A stretch of DNA of 64,000 nucleotides from Azolla caroliniana (taxonomy: Eukaryota; Plantae; Polypodiophyta): positions 3,100,001 to 3,164,000 of the forward strand of contig JBHGNT010000006.1 of assembly GCA_043228905.1 (NCBI GenBank). The letters run 5' to 3'. The position numbers and the translations under genes are program-made. Positions 1 through 19,694 of the stretch are shown here, one piece after another (within the stretch, counting starts at the first letter, position 1; each line of letters opens with the position of its first letter). The notes under the pieces were generated by a model. It saw only the letters and a program-made list of their open reading frames with translations. It searched no databases and was not told the origin of the DNA.

Positions 1-1291
1 ATTGTCATAGTGTGCCTTCTCATATTCTTGCCAAACCCGAGGAGAGGTGAGCTGTGCATTAGGTTGCCTCTCATTAAACATTTTCCGTGTTCTTTTACTT
101 TCTTGTTCTAGGAACAACGGGTACACATCTGCTTCAAATTTAGCCAAATATGATTCTTCTTCTTCCTCACAAGGCATTGACAAGTTGATCTTGCTTGTTT
201 ACGTGTATAAATCCCTTTACTTCTCCTTACAGCCATCCTCTTATATCACAAACTTCCTCATCATACCAGGAACGAAAAGCCATAGCCCTTGCTGCTGCAT
301 TGTTACAGAGATCAACACTATCACTAGAGAACAGACATCTATAAGAAGATATCTACATGTAACTATTGTGCAACTATAGAGCATATCTCTACACAAAGCA
401 ACAGAACAGATCTCCATTGCTATCGCCACAGGTGTGCATCCCTACAGAATCTGTTGTTACTAACTTGAAAGAAGGGCCAACATTGCTCTGCAAAAATACC
501 TGTCATATCAGATGAGGCTGCATATCCACACCACAGGGTTGGTCTGTTTCAAGGCACTTTTCACACAGATGTGGGTGAGACACAGATTTTTTGGTTTTTA
601 AAATTTATTCAAGTAGGTTTGCCTTGTGTTCATGGACCTGGAATGTTATCCTTCCATAGTTACATGGAATGATATAAATTGATGCATTAAGATCGACTCT
701 TAAATGCATCCAACAGATGCCTAAATCCCAATTCACAGAAATTATAGAAGCTATAAATACAGACCTAAAGTGTAATTCTTAACTGGAACCTCACCATCAA
801 ACGCAATAAATCTCAAATATTAATAAATTTCTCCTGCATTCAAATGAGCACCTCCCTTTCACTTACTGATATAAAGTTAAATTTGCGCTTAGATGTAAGG
901 TTAGGCCTAAGATGAACAACCAGAAAGATGATGGATCATAGCAGAATTGTGGAGGTGGTACCCAATCGTCCAATAGGCCAGATGAGTCTCAAACTTCCCA
1001 TGTAACAAGACCTCTAGCCTCGGTGAGCTGAGCCTTCTCTCAAGATGTAAAAAGAATAATGATGTCAATTCGTATATTTATGTAAAGGGAATACAGGCTT
1101 AGGCTAAGAAAACCCCTAACCTTGAAGAAATGAATCTTCAAAATTCATCATAATTATACACATGTAACCAGAAACCCCAGAACACATCATCGTTGAGAAT
1201 TCCATCTTTAATTTGAATGACAAACATTTTATCATTGAATATCAAATGAGCAAAAAGATGCTTTTCATGAGTAACAAAAAACTGAACATAC

Positions 1292-7302
<6,011 letters not shown>

Positions 7303-7303
<1 letters not shown>

Positions 7304-7311
7304 CAGAGCAT
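7303..7311 (-). promoter_or_regulatory. Minimal uORF (ATG CTC TGA) whose stop overlaps the first gyrA ATG
   Basis: Minus strand reads GACGA-ATG-CTC-TGA-TG; the A of TGA (7303) is the A of the gyrA ATG. A telo-box AAACCCTAA lies at 7384-7392. Confidence 0.5.
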
Positions 7312-7671
7312 TCGTCTCTTTCGCTCGCTCTCTCTCTCTCTCTCTCTGTCTCTGCGTGTCTGCAAAACAGCGCAGGTTTTTCGTTAGGGTTTATCTGCTC
7401 CTCCTCCTCCGTCGTCGTCGTCGTCGTCGTCTTCTTCTTCTTCTAGGCAGGCTTTCCTTATTTCCCCAAATACCCCTGTCATAACTTTCCATTATTTCCT
7501 AACCATACCCTTCCTTCAACACGATCTCCTCTTGTCCACGCTTTCCCAATCGATTTGCCACTTCCTCCAAACTTCTCCCCCGCTAGGCGTTGCTCGCTAT
7601 CTAACCAAACTAACTCACTCTGTGTGCCTCGGACAATCGAACACATTGCTTGCAACGTTTGCCGCCTCCGT

Positions 7672-7862
7672 TTCACACTCTAGCCCGCATATTACCCGTG
7701 GTAAATACCAACCTCCTCCATGATAATGCATGGTCTCCGATTCATGTTGAGTTTCCATGCCGCCTTCATTTCACACTCTAGTCCGCGTGTTACCCGTGGT
7801 AAATACCAACCTCCTCCATGACATAATGTGTGGTCTCCGATTCATGTTGACTTTCCATGCGC
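7672..7862. repeat. Tandem duplication, ~98-bp unit x2
   Basis: ttcacactctag...ttacccgtggtaaataccaacctcctccatga...tggtctccgattcatgttga.tttccatgc occurs at ~7672 and ~7770. Confidence 0.85.
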
Positions 7863-8199
7863 TTTCCTTTTAAGAGGTTCACTCTAGGACGATGATTCTT
7901 TGTGGCCTTGTTGAACCAAAACCTCCAGTGAACAATATACGTGCCCAAGATACTCCTACTTTCATTTCTTCGATAGTTTTAGCAATACAATATTTCATGA
8001 TAAATTTTATGGTAGTTACAATGTATCACATGATGGGTGCAAGTCCCAAAACCTATGACATTTTGTACACTCATGACAGTTTCATCAAACTCAAACTCAA
8101 GTTGCCAACAAGGTCAAGAGATGTTAAGCTTAGCCCTATGTTCGTATTGGCATTGACTTTTGTGTAATTCTTGGTCCCCATGGGTGTGACTGACTTCAA

Positions 8200-8300
8200 A
8201 GCTCGCCCCTTTTGTTCATGTAAGTAGCCCACGAGGATGCACTTGCTATTTGTGTGTATCCAGTACGCCCATGCATGTAAAGGTTAATCGTCAATGATGG
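8200..8300 (-). mobile_element. Degenerate Ty1/copia pol fragment
   Basis: Minus strand encodes SKCILVGYLHEQKG, matching the copia KCxFxGYxxxxKGY motif that follows the integrase core. Confidence 0.5.
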
Positions 8301-8693
8301 TTGCATTATATCTATATTTGCTAGGTGTTGTGATTTGCACAAATCTTCGTGCACCTAAGTGCATGACATTTAGGAGCTCACTACTTAAATTGCGATCCTT
8401 TTGAAATGAATATCAATGTTGCTTCCCAAATTAGAATGCTTTGCTCACCCATTTCCTTTGAAGTTTGCATCGACCATTAGAAGGTATGACACCAATTCAA
8501 CATCATTGGATTATTTTTGTGCATTGTTGATTCTTTGTTATGTATAATTTGTGACAACGTCATGATCAATGGACATTGTATTTGTGTCCACATGTAAACT
8601 TTGAGGCCTAGAGTCCATATGGCTACATCATACATGAGGACCATGATGACCATGGTGTCAAATAATCGTTATTTAGTATGGGGTTATTGGAAA

Positions 8694-9404
8694 TAGGGAT
8701 CGGCAACGGCTTAGCTCAAGCCTAAACTGTTTAGCTAGAACGGTTTAAAACGGCTTAGCGGCTCCGCTCGGTTTAGTCTTGAGCCTACCTAAACGGATTG
8801 AGCTCCGCTCGGCTTGCCTTGAGCCTTGCCAAACCGGTTAAGCCATTTATGTGATTTAAGAATTAGGGTTTAGAAAGTTAGAAAGTTAGAAATTAGACAA
8901 TTAGAAGTTAGAAGTTAGAACTTTAAAGTTGACAAAGAGACTAACAGGAAGCCATAGGCAACATATTGTTGAGTGACAAGAGAGGGAGGGACAAAGAGGG
9001 AGAGAGAGCTTGCATAGTGGACGACTAGGGGACCTCCGTGCTGTTCAGTGTTATATACATTCTTTGGAGAAGGATTGGATCACTGAGAGTGATAGGTCGC
9101 CATAGCCTCGGGCCTCGTGGTTCAGATGGTGGGAGGCGGGGGATTCATGGATGTCACCAATCATAGTAATATGCAAAGAGGGAGTCGTTGAGGTGGAACT
9201 TGGAGTTGAGTTTGACTCATCGGTGGTAAGGCCGAGGGGGTGGGAGTTATGAGGAGGAGAAGAAGAGTAGGAGGAAGTGGTTCCCAAACTGGTTTGTTTT
9301 GGTTTGGTTGAGGTTTGAGAACCCCAAAACGGTTTAGGCTTAACCGGTTTGGCTTGGATAAGGCCAAACAGGTTAAGCCTAAACCGAACCGTTGCCGATT
9401 CCTA
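8694..9404. mobile_element. Non-autonomous hAT (Ac/Ds-like) DNA transposon, 711 bp
   Basis: TIRs TAGGGATCGGCAACGG / CCGTTGCCGATTCCTA (15/16). 8-bp TSD ATTGGAAA (8686-8693) / CTTGGAAA (9405-9412). Many subterminal AAACGG/CGGTT motifs. No transposase ORF. Confidence 0.85.
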
Positions 9405-11028
9405 CTTGGAAATGTGCTTGGTTGCATTGTGGTTCTCAAGTGAAATGATCCACGGTGAGTTGAGTCATAAAAAAGAATTCGTTTGTGCTTGTAAATGTGA
9501 TTCCAATATTGTGAGTCAACATGGACGCGTTGAATATCATCACTAGCCCTTTCTAGCAACAACAAATTTTGAAGGCATCGAGATGAGGTCGTAGACCTAC
9601 ACAATATTCAAGAACAAAGGTTTTGTCATTAGGGTAACAAAGAACGTGGATTGGTGTACATTGATTGAAGTATTACACGAAGTTGACTTCACCTTCCTTT
9701 GCTTCCAACACAAAAGTGCTTGTTATTTTTGTCAAGGAAGAATATTCAACACCATACATAAGGTTAGTTGAGTTCTTCTTGTTTCAATAATCAACTACAA
9801 AAGTTTTTCCTCGATGTTTGCTAAGTTTCTACCCATCTTTTGGAGACTTAACATCACTTTGATGCTATTCGTTGTTGATTGTGTGGTAGAGAGGTGTGGA
9901 CACTAGTGCATTAGAGAGAGAAACAAAAAAAATGAAAAAACCCCAAAAGGGCAAGAAAAAAAACATTAAAAATAGAATAAGAAACTCTACAATACAACAA
10001 AAAACTTTAGAGAGAGAGAAAGGAGAGAGAAGTTATATTTAGAGAGGAAAACATGGCTAAGGGAAAAAATGAGCAAAGCGAGTTTCTCATTAGTGAATCA
10101 TAGCACACAAATATGTGTTGGAAAGCTCTAAATATGAGTAATGTAATGATCTCACTCATGCATAAATGTTCGTTTGAGTAGAAAACATTAGTTGTAACAA
10201 GGCCTTCACTTGGGTAGTAGTAGAAAGACGGCACAATGGGTGCACTTGACAAATTATTGGAACAATGGTCACAAGGTTGATGTTACAAGGTAGAGATGTG
10301 ATGTTATGGACAATAAAAGAAGTGGTGGTTAGAGCATGTCACATGTAGAAACAATGTGGGTAGATATCGATGGGGCTAATGGGATGGATGATAGTCAATG
10401 TGAACATGAAAATTGTGTGGAAATTGTTATGCTAGTTTATTATATGATGTGAATGGAGAAGAAATAATGTAGTTAATGTAGTATGGTGAAGATGATGTCA
10501 TTGAAGTACACGTTGGCTCTGAGAATGTTTTGAAATGATTGAATGAGGTGATTATACTAGGGAATTTTTTACTAATAACGTGCATAACATATCTAGATAT
10601 TATGGAAGGCAAATAAAGTTGCGTATGAAGAATCAATTATTACATGTCAATAGCTACTTTGATGGAGAGATGTAATTATTTTCTTACCGTATGGCTAGAA
10701 AACATAATTAATGTAATTTATCAATCTCGATCATGGATGCAAAATGAAGAGTTGTCCAGTTCAACTCCATAAGTTGAAGCAAAAGGTTATAAAATTGAGG
10801 AAGAATATGGTTTTGTAGTTAGGCACAACCCTTCACATTTTGCCCAAATCATGTTACACTCGCATCAAGAAGTAAGTCTATACTTATTGCATCAAGAAGT
10901 AAGTACACTTTTACATATCTTTTAAATAAATTTGCATGCTTCCAATGTGAGGCTCACGTCTTTAGATTTGAAACCATAACCTCATGATTATATAGATTGA
11001 GCTTTACAAGATGTATCCGTTTTACTAT

Positions 11029-11800
11029 TTATAAGTGGGTGTTATAAAAGAAAATGAGGAAATGAATGTGACAGATTTTATTCGCCCTTAAGCATGTACT
11101 CAATAACCCTTTCCAAGGATGAGTACCCCATAGAGTAGCACCAATATCACAAAGTATCGAAAAGGTATTGCTCGAGGAATTAATATTTAAGTTCTCTATT
11201 ATTGCATAGGTTCTCCAATGTATAATATAGCCTCTTTTTTTTACTTTTGAACCATGTATAACACATTCATTCCATATATTATTCGAGGGAACTTCAAGGC
11301 CAAGCCACTTTAAACTTTCAACAATTTCAAGTGTCTTATTATTATAAATAGTACATGTTATACCCTTATCTTGGTTCTTCATAAGCATAATCTTTGTCTT
11401 AAGGTTATTAGCACTTCCAATGCCCTCATAAGCTTTTGTGCATTTTCTAAAGTGTTTTAAAAAAGTACTACTCATATGCATATAACAAAAGCATGACAAC
11501 AACTTCCTCAATGGAACTCAATGTCTATCTTCTTATAAACTTGGCAATCAGTTGTTTCAATCCATTAACCAAAGAATTTTGTCAAATTGAGCATCCTTAC
11601 ATTAACTAATAGTGATATTTAAAAACTTTGAAAATGATTGTCTATACACAAACATCATATAACCTTCTCACATATTCAAGAAATTATAGCTCTTTCACAA
11701 GTCTTCTAAAGATGCAAGCACATCAAATTCTTTCTTCAATCTTTGTAGTAACAATATAAACCCTTACATCTTTAGTGACTTTGCTCATCAAGAGTGACAA
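11029..11800 (-). mobile_element. Degenerate LINE reverse-transcriptase fragment
   Basis: ORF 11029-11511 contains KTKIMLM...YNNKTLEIVESLKWLG, resembling the LINE RT 'KTKvM...leiV..FKYLG' motifs. Upstream extent is approximate. Confidence 0.65.
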
Positions 11801-14334
11801 AATGCTCAATGGAGCTATGGTGCTATGCCTAATTATTAATGGCATTCTTTACATTTTCACCTTTTTGTAAAGGTTGTGATCCACCCTATACTCCAATAAT
11901 GGCATGTTGACATATGTACATGATTACATATAACTTTTCAAGGCACATGATACATCTATGATTTCCCATCCATTTAAGCATTTCACGCTTATATATATAA
12001 AAGATATTCCATCTATCAAGAGGTCAATTCCTTAAGCCCTTAACATATATCTTCAATCTTAAAGGGAAGCATTGTAAAAGAGACCCACAACACATCTTTT
12101 CACCATTTGATTGCTTTTATTAAGCTTTTGCAATGCATAGACAAGTCCATGAAAGTTGATAGAGAGCAGTCCATGAAAGTGGGAAAAGCTAGAAATCAAA
12201 GATGAGCTATTAATTCTTATTACATGTATTGTCAAGTGTTAACAATACTCTAAAAGACTTGGAACGAAAAGTTATTAAAAGCAAAACACCACCACCATAA
12301 AATTGATTCAACATAAATTCATTTGTTAAACATCCAAATTCTCATGAAACCATAGATGCACTCAAATTACAATTCACAGTAAATATATACTCGCAATATT
12401 CTCAAATTTGTTCCATACATCAGACAATTATATGGCCCATTACTCACATTTATACTTCGTTGTGGACAAATGAAAACAAATGCAGGTCCGTCACTACCAA
12501 ATTACCTTTTCAAAACATCATATTCTCAAAAACATCACCATGCCCAAGTTTATACTATGCTATGATGATTGCCATTGGATTACAGGTGTTCTTAAAGTCG
12601 AATTCAACTAATCTAAATGTTTACAAAGTTAGATACTTGCATATCTTAATATTACAATGCTATTGACATTGATAGTAGGGACAAAAAGGACATGAAATTC
12701 TTTCATGAATACCTTTTTTGTCATTGAATTTTTATATTAATAAATAAGATTACGTTCCCCATATCTTTAAATGTGAAAATTATTGCATTTACATGCCACC
12801 AATGAATGCCATGGGCAATTTATTTGCCAGATGACATCGATGATGTTTGTTCTAAGGTTTAATGTCAAAATAACAGACAGCAAGGAGAGATTGGTGAAAA
12901 TAACGTCTTTTCAAAATCATCCATTAACTTTCTCAGAGTTAGAAGTATCTCAGCTGCACTAAAGACAGGTAAAAATTGAGAATATTTACCCAACTTGCTC
13001 AAAGTTAGCATTTACCTCAGTTGTGCTTGAGCTATGTCCTTTCCACTATATAAAACTCTGTACATTGAATTCCTCGACCTAGCTCACTCTTCTAAAAAAA
13101 CTTTTTACATGAGAAGCTGCCATATCCTTTGTGACTATCAAAACTTATATATCAAAGGGCAGCATACTAGTCACAAGCATAATATTAAGACTTATGCACA
13201 CTAAGATGCGATAAGAGGATGTATATAGAAGACACGCACATTTAGATAAAGAATACTAATTAGAGTTTTTACCCTTTCACTTGTGCTCCTTGCAGAAACA
13301 GCACAAAGCTCATTTGAACTTCATCTCAGCTCTATTTCCATCCACTATGTGAAACCTTATTTCAATCCCTCCCCCTTCCACAACACCTGAACATGAGAAC
13401 GTGCCACCTCCTCCATGACTGTAAAACTATATAATAAAATGGGCACCATTAATTTTGCACCATAACAAGTAGCCTTGATGAATCCCTTAACTGTGAACTA
13501 TGAGTCTAGCCGGCATTCGCTATTTGTAGACAAGTTAAATAGAAAAGCTTCATGAGTAAAATGCAACAATTGAGCTTTCCAATATTGTTTGTAGTTGTAT
13601 GCGAGGATACAAAAACACTATTGAAGAGACAATGCCATATCTGACATAACCATATATGCGACCACAAAAAAGGGAAACACAGAAACCTGACAGTCCTCTA
13701 TACACCGGTAAGCAAAAAGGTTTCTGAAAGACTCAGCAAATACTTTTCAGCACCCCATTCTGAATTAAAACAAATAACTAACCTTTTGAAGAATCCCGTT
13801 GTTTCATATTAGTTTCTTATAGGAAAGATAAGTCCAAGACGTCTGGGAGGGACTGCATCAGGTATGCGTGGATCTGTGCATGTGCACTTCGCTATAATAT
13901 ATGTAGTTATGTATTTAACATGGCACATACTAACCTGATAAGTGCCTTTACAGCAACAATCCTCTACTCTTAGTTCTACCCAAATGTCACAATAGTTCTT
14001 GGTCAATAGAGCTCATATTCAAATATGAACTTGTTGTTTGGTCCTGTGTATCAACATGGCTATCATTTTCGAAGCAAGAAGACCAAATAGCATTCACATA
14101 TATCAACAATGGAATGATGTTACCAAAAACGCCAAACAAAAGTATGTTGTGGGTGAAGGGCGTGTCCAACCTGAAGATATCACAATACTTCAAAGACAGA
14201 ACTGATGACTATTACACTAGCCTATAGATCTTCACGAATTCGGTTACCTTATCTTGAACCGATGCAGTCATATTTAAGGCAACAAGGCTACATGGAATCT
14301 CCATGAATAAGGATATTTCTTGATTTGAATTCTC

Positions 14335-17074
14335 TTAAGATAAATGGTCTGGTGAACGTGATGGTCTTTTGCTCCGATGACGACTAGGAGACCTAGAACT
14401 AGAACGATTTCTCCCATAGTCCCGTTCCCTTTTCCTCTCTCTGTCACGATCCCTATCTCTTCCTCCATCACGTTCTCTATACCTATCCCTTCCATGATAA
14501 GCATGGTCTCTTTCCCTGGACCTCTGACTGTATGCATCCTTCTCCCTTGAATGATTCTCTCTTGGCATGTCCCTTCCATTGTCCTTCGAATTCTCCATCT
14601 CTCTCTCTCTTCGGCTCTTTTCTTTTTCCTTTGGAGACTCTATCTCTCTCTCTTTTCGGCTCTTTTCTCCAGCCTTCTTCTCTTTGGCAAGCCTTTCCTC
14701 TTCCTTCGCTTTTTCTTTCTTTTCCTAGAACAAGTGAATATGCAAGCAACATTTAACAATGATTTTTTTAAGCAATTATAGCACATACACGTCAATGAAA
14801 TGCAATAATACCTTATATTCAACAAGGTACTCCCGAACCTTGCTATATCCCAGATGTTGCTTCCCAGTGACATGTGATTGTGTTCTCTCTGCAGCATCAT
14901 TTGCTACCAAAAATGAGCCACAAACCTCACAAAGAGCCATCTTCTTCTCTTGTGCTGGCGTAAGAGTCAGTTGTTGAAGTAGAGCATTTTTTTCCGCAGT
15001 TAATAATTCAACCTTAATAAACAAATTCCATTCAACATCAGTGTAAGGAATGTAAAAATATCTTTTGTACATTTTATTAACCTACTCACTAACCTTCTTC
15101 ATTAGGGCTTGGGCTTCATCCACCTTCCCTTCTTCTCCCAGGCTTTCAATTTGTTCAAGGAGCTTCTTCATCTTCTCTTCTATAGTAGCAAGCTGTTCAG
15201 ACTTCTCTGAAGATATTGGTGGAGCATCCTGATCATGGGCAATCCTTTCCCGCCCTCTTCTCAGTTTTCTGTCAAGGTCTTGCACCTATAATGCCATTTT
15301 GTTAGAATGCAGCCTTCTATACTATCAGTGTTCAGATCGCAAGCATGATAGTATAAAGGAATTAAGTAAACGGATTTTGCAAAAGAACTCACAAAAAATG
15401 CCACAAAAGTCATTAATGCAAAATGCTAATAACGCAACAAACGGTAGAAGCCTATCAATTGTCGTGATGATACCTTTTTCAATGTATAGCTTATCGTTCA
15501 TTAATTTCACTAGAATTATCAACATTCCTTAGCAATTCTATACTATATGAGAACCTGACAGATGATCAAAGAGAGCTAAATGATAGCTATGCACACACTG
15601 ACATAGAAATATTTACATACAAACATTTATAGACAAGCTTATGTGTGTATAAATGCATTGAATGTGTTTGTGTTGGATATATGTTGTCTGATAGTTGAAA
15701 GAGATAAAAAATTATGCAAGTTTCATTTGCATTTGAAACAGGACAGAGGGAAGAGAAAAATTTGGGTTCTTTTACTTGCAATATTTCGAATTGTATTTTT
15801 CAAACATATGGATGACACTCATATATTATGTTTCAAGGCTTACATTGAAAATACTAAAATCAAAATGTGATTTACATTTACTCCCAGCCTACATGTATGT
15901 AATGCATATAAAATGCCAGATTACTATGAACTATACGTAAAGTGGGGACTGAGATATGAGTAAGTGTGAGTGATACGTAACAATTGACAATCACTATTCT
16001 TTGACCTCAATGATTACCATTCGAGGTGCCACTGCTTTGCGTAACACGTGTACGGCATACATTAAGCACACGTTAAGAACAAAACCATGCCATTTCCGTT
16101 TCAAGCTGAGGCACATGCAGATATTTGACAATTGACAATCTTGGAATCAGTAGCAATTACAATACTTTGAATGATTGGTATGTGTAATAAATGCAATAAT
16201 GCTAAAGACACATACCAGTTTATCACAAAAGTGGTGAAATTAATATTCTTCGAACCATTAGCAACCATGACACTTTAAAATGCCATTCATGTGTGTTAAA
16301 ATCGCAAAACATAAAAGTGCATACCAGTCTATCGCAAAATTGTGCAAGCTCAGCTTCAAGCCGAGGCACATAGGAATCATGTCTGCTCGACTTCTCAAAA
16401 CTGCAAAATTTAACAAACCTGTTTTCAGATTTTAAGCCATATACTGCAAAACAGGTATAACGTGGAAGAATCCCTGATCAATAACCATAAAAATACAACA
16501 ACATCAACCATGAAACTAAAACAGCTATAACAATAAAACCATGATAAAAAGATTGAGCCAAGTAACAACAAAAATACAAAAATTGAACCATAAAAGTAGC
16601 TGTAAAGATTCAGAAAATTTCCTTCACCTTTCTCTAAGCTTCGCATCATGAATCTTGGGACAAGGACCTGAAATAAAAAACACCGAAAGAATACAGTTTT
16701 AGTGCATATAAATCCCTTAAGACAGCTAAATGATCAAAAGAATCGTAGATCTACATTCAAATCAGAGTTCCCTTTTTAAGGGATTTCGACCTACCTAAGT
16801 TGCTCTTGGTGTTGACAAATAGATCATGAGGGCAAAACCGCACGAGATAGCAGCCACAAACATCTCTATCATCCCATCGTACCTCTCTATATCCTTTCTT
16901 TTCTTCGTCTGTGAGGTTCCGGGCTGAAAATAAATGACGACGAAAAGGCGGAGTGAGGCGAAAATGAACACAGAATCACATAAAGAAAGAAGAGAAAGAG
17001 AGAGGGGGGGGGGGGGGGGGGGGAAGACCTGTTCCCATCAATTCATCGAGGAGAGCTCTCTGTGCATCCACCAT
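14335..17074 (-). CDS. LUC7: LUC7-like U1 snRNP-associated splicing factor (~357 aa)
   Basis: Exons 17029-17074, 16795-16923, 16628-16667, 16325-16400, 15094-15285, 14812-15012, 14335-14724 join in frame. Motifs: MVDAQRALLDELMG, ZnF1 C..YLVRFCPHDLFVNTKSNLGPCPKIH, ZnF2 CEVCGSFL...HVTGKQHLGY, RE/RS-rich tail. Confidence 0.95.
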
Positions 17075-17296
17075 CGCGTCCAAACAACGGAAGCTTGAAT
17101 ATGGAAGGAGAAGAAGAAGAAGAAGAAGAAGAAGAAGAAGAAGAAGAAATTCTGAGAAAAGCACGGAGTGCAAAGAACAGAGGAAGGAGGGGCAGGCAGG
17201 AAGAAGAAGGGCAGAAGAGAGATACCCCACCCCAACATGACCTTTTTGGACCCTTTCACACACAAACACACACACACACACACACACACAACACCC

Positions 17297-17325
<29 letters not shown>

Positions 17326-17328
<3 letters not shown>

Positions 17329-17588
17329 TGTGTGTCTGAATCTGGCGAATCTGGTGGTGTTGACAGAGAAGAGTTCATCACACACACACACACACACACA
17401 CATCTGGCTTGTGTGTAGTAATTCTCGACAGAGTTTGTGTGTGCCTGAATCTGGTGTCATCTGGTGGTGTTGACACAGAAGAGTTCATCACACACACACA
17501 CATCGGGCTTGTCTGTAGTCATTCTCGAGAGAGTATGTGTGTGTTTGAATTTGGTGAAATTTGGTGGTGTTGACACGGAAGAGTTCAT

Positions 17589-17621
<33 letters not shown>

Positions 17622-17640
17622 CTAGCTTGACTGTAGTCAT
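17326..17640. repeat. Tandem ~100-bp repeat x3 with embedded (CA)n, upstream of LUC7
   Basis: Unit tgtgtgtgtctgaatctggcgaatctggtggtgttgacagagaagagttcatc(ac)n atctggcttg recurs at ~17326, ~17436 and ~17535. Confidence 0.9.
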
Positions 17641-18209
17641 TCCTCCTAACTCCTCCCAACTCCCTCCTCCATCATGTATGATCACATGTCGTTGTGTCGT
17701 CCACGAAACACTCACTCGGGGGTATCGGTATGCCCTCCGTTTGACAACCTCATCGCATCTCCTTAGGTTGCTCCCGCTCCCATGCCTCGTATGTATACCT
17801 CGTCGTGTGCGACTTCAAATGAGATAGGGAAATTCGCCTAGGTGTGCGGGTTGGGTCATCATATACCTTGTTGGTGATCTGTTTCGCCAACATCCCCCCT
17901 CCCTAACCATGCCCATGTTGGTATTTCATGCCTAGCTACTTGATGATAGTAACGTAGAACATATGTAACTTGAGCTATTTTGTTTGCCTCCAAGCAGGTA
18001 TGTTGTGTTTGATGTTGGCTGTCGAGATTTTGGATTATGCAAAATGAAGTGGATCAAGAGACATTGTATGTGACGAGGGTTGAGGTGATAAAGATGAGCT
18101 TGTTCACCTACATGTACTTTAAAGGCCATCTAGACAATTGTAGGCGTTGAACAAGTTAATTTTCGGCAAAGGCCATGTGATTTTGACGAAATCTTCTTTC
18201 AAGTCGCAA

Positions 18210-18830
18210 AGGTGGCAATGTTTTGTATGTCTATTGCTATTGCAAAGAAGGAGAACATGGAGCTTGAACAAATGGTTGTCACTACCACATTTCTTCACAT
18301 CGAACTCAAGGTGGCACTCAAGAGCAACCTGTTGGATTCACTAAACTATGTAAGGCAGAGAGGGTTTGACAATGAAAGAATACCTTACATGAACTGAAAA
18401 ATGATCCCCAACAATGGTACCAAAAGTTTGACCCGTTTACAAAGTTTAGGTACCGACTTGCAATTCTTTGCAACAACAACAATTCTCGCACTACGATTTC
18501 TCTGCAACAACAACAATTCTTGCATTACAAAAATATGTGTTCAAACACAAAAACCTAATATTGATCATCTTGTATGTGGATGACATGTTGACAACAAAAA
18601 AGTCCATGCAAGACACCTTGGGTGACCAACATGGGACCGACTTGCAAAAGCCCTACCCTCCACGATGACAATCAAAGCTTGATGGTGTGGAATCTAGTCA
18701 TTCAAACAAAGAACAAGCACATCTAGTGCAACATCACTTCATTCAAGATTGTATTGAAAAGAGCTATATCAATTTGGCAAAGTGATATAAGACAATTTTG
18801 TTGACACAATGGCTCGCTATGCAAATCAAG
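18210..18830 (+). mobile_element. Degenerate Ty1/copia RT-RNaseH relic
   Basis: Frameshifted fragments MELEQMVVTTTFLH (cf. ELEQMDVKTAFL), IILYVDDML (RT YVDD) and KHI..HHFIQDCIE (RNase H). Confidence 0.8.
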
Positions 18831-19694
18831 GATAACACATCACAAACATTGAATTGTGTACTTCTCGATGACATAGGGTTGCCAATCAAGTATCATGCTT
18901 GTAGAATGATGTCGAATTGCACATCACAGGTTGATGTTGGATCAAGTATTACAAGACAACACAAATCACAAATGGGCAGTCACGCATTGTTGGTTGGTGT
19001 TAGATCGAGCTTTGTGGGTTGAAGGGATTGAGGATTGAGCATTTGAGGATCGTGGTTGAAGTATCACAATACACGCTCATAATGTGGAAAATGTGGTTCC
19101 TACATCACTTAAAAGCATATGCCTACATTGGGTCAGTATAGATGCTGCCTCCACATGCAATCTCTAGAATGTAGATGTAAACAAATGACTTGTCCTTATA
19201 TGAAGATGTAAACAAATGACTTGTCTTTTGCAAATTTTCATCTAAAATACACAAAGAATAGATAGAATCATTGGGCAAGCCTTGTGATTCAATTTTTAGG
19301 AGATGTCCACTTGTAATATTAGAATCCCAATTGAAACTCTTTTGGATGCATCGATCAAAACATGAGCGATTGAGACAATTTATGCTTTTTTAAGAGCCAT
19401 CATAGTGACTTCGACAATTTATGATTCAATAAAATGGACAATCTAGAATACAAGGAAACCAAATATTTGAATGAATGATGTTAAACACATCCCGCCTCCT
19501 TCAATACATTCAAATTGTTTGAATGAACAAACTTGAAGGTTACGAAAACCAAAGATCGGATGTCTATATGTGACAATTCACAAAGCATATACAGATTATC
19601 GGCCATCTAGAATCCCTATGATTGTCATTCAAATCTAAGATCAATATGATCAAACAACACAAACGTGCATTAAATAGATGTACAAACCTTTTAC

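Noticed and set aside
17038-17473. ORFs with poly-F/E/HT/RE and similar ORFs at 7178-7484, 38594-38873 and 45020-45757
   Set aside because: Translations of microsatellites in UTR/promoter DNA, or antisense shadows of real genes.
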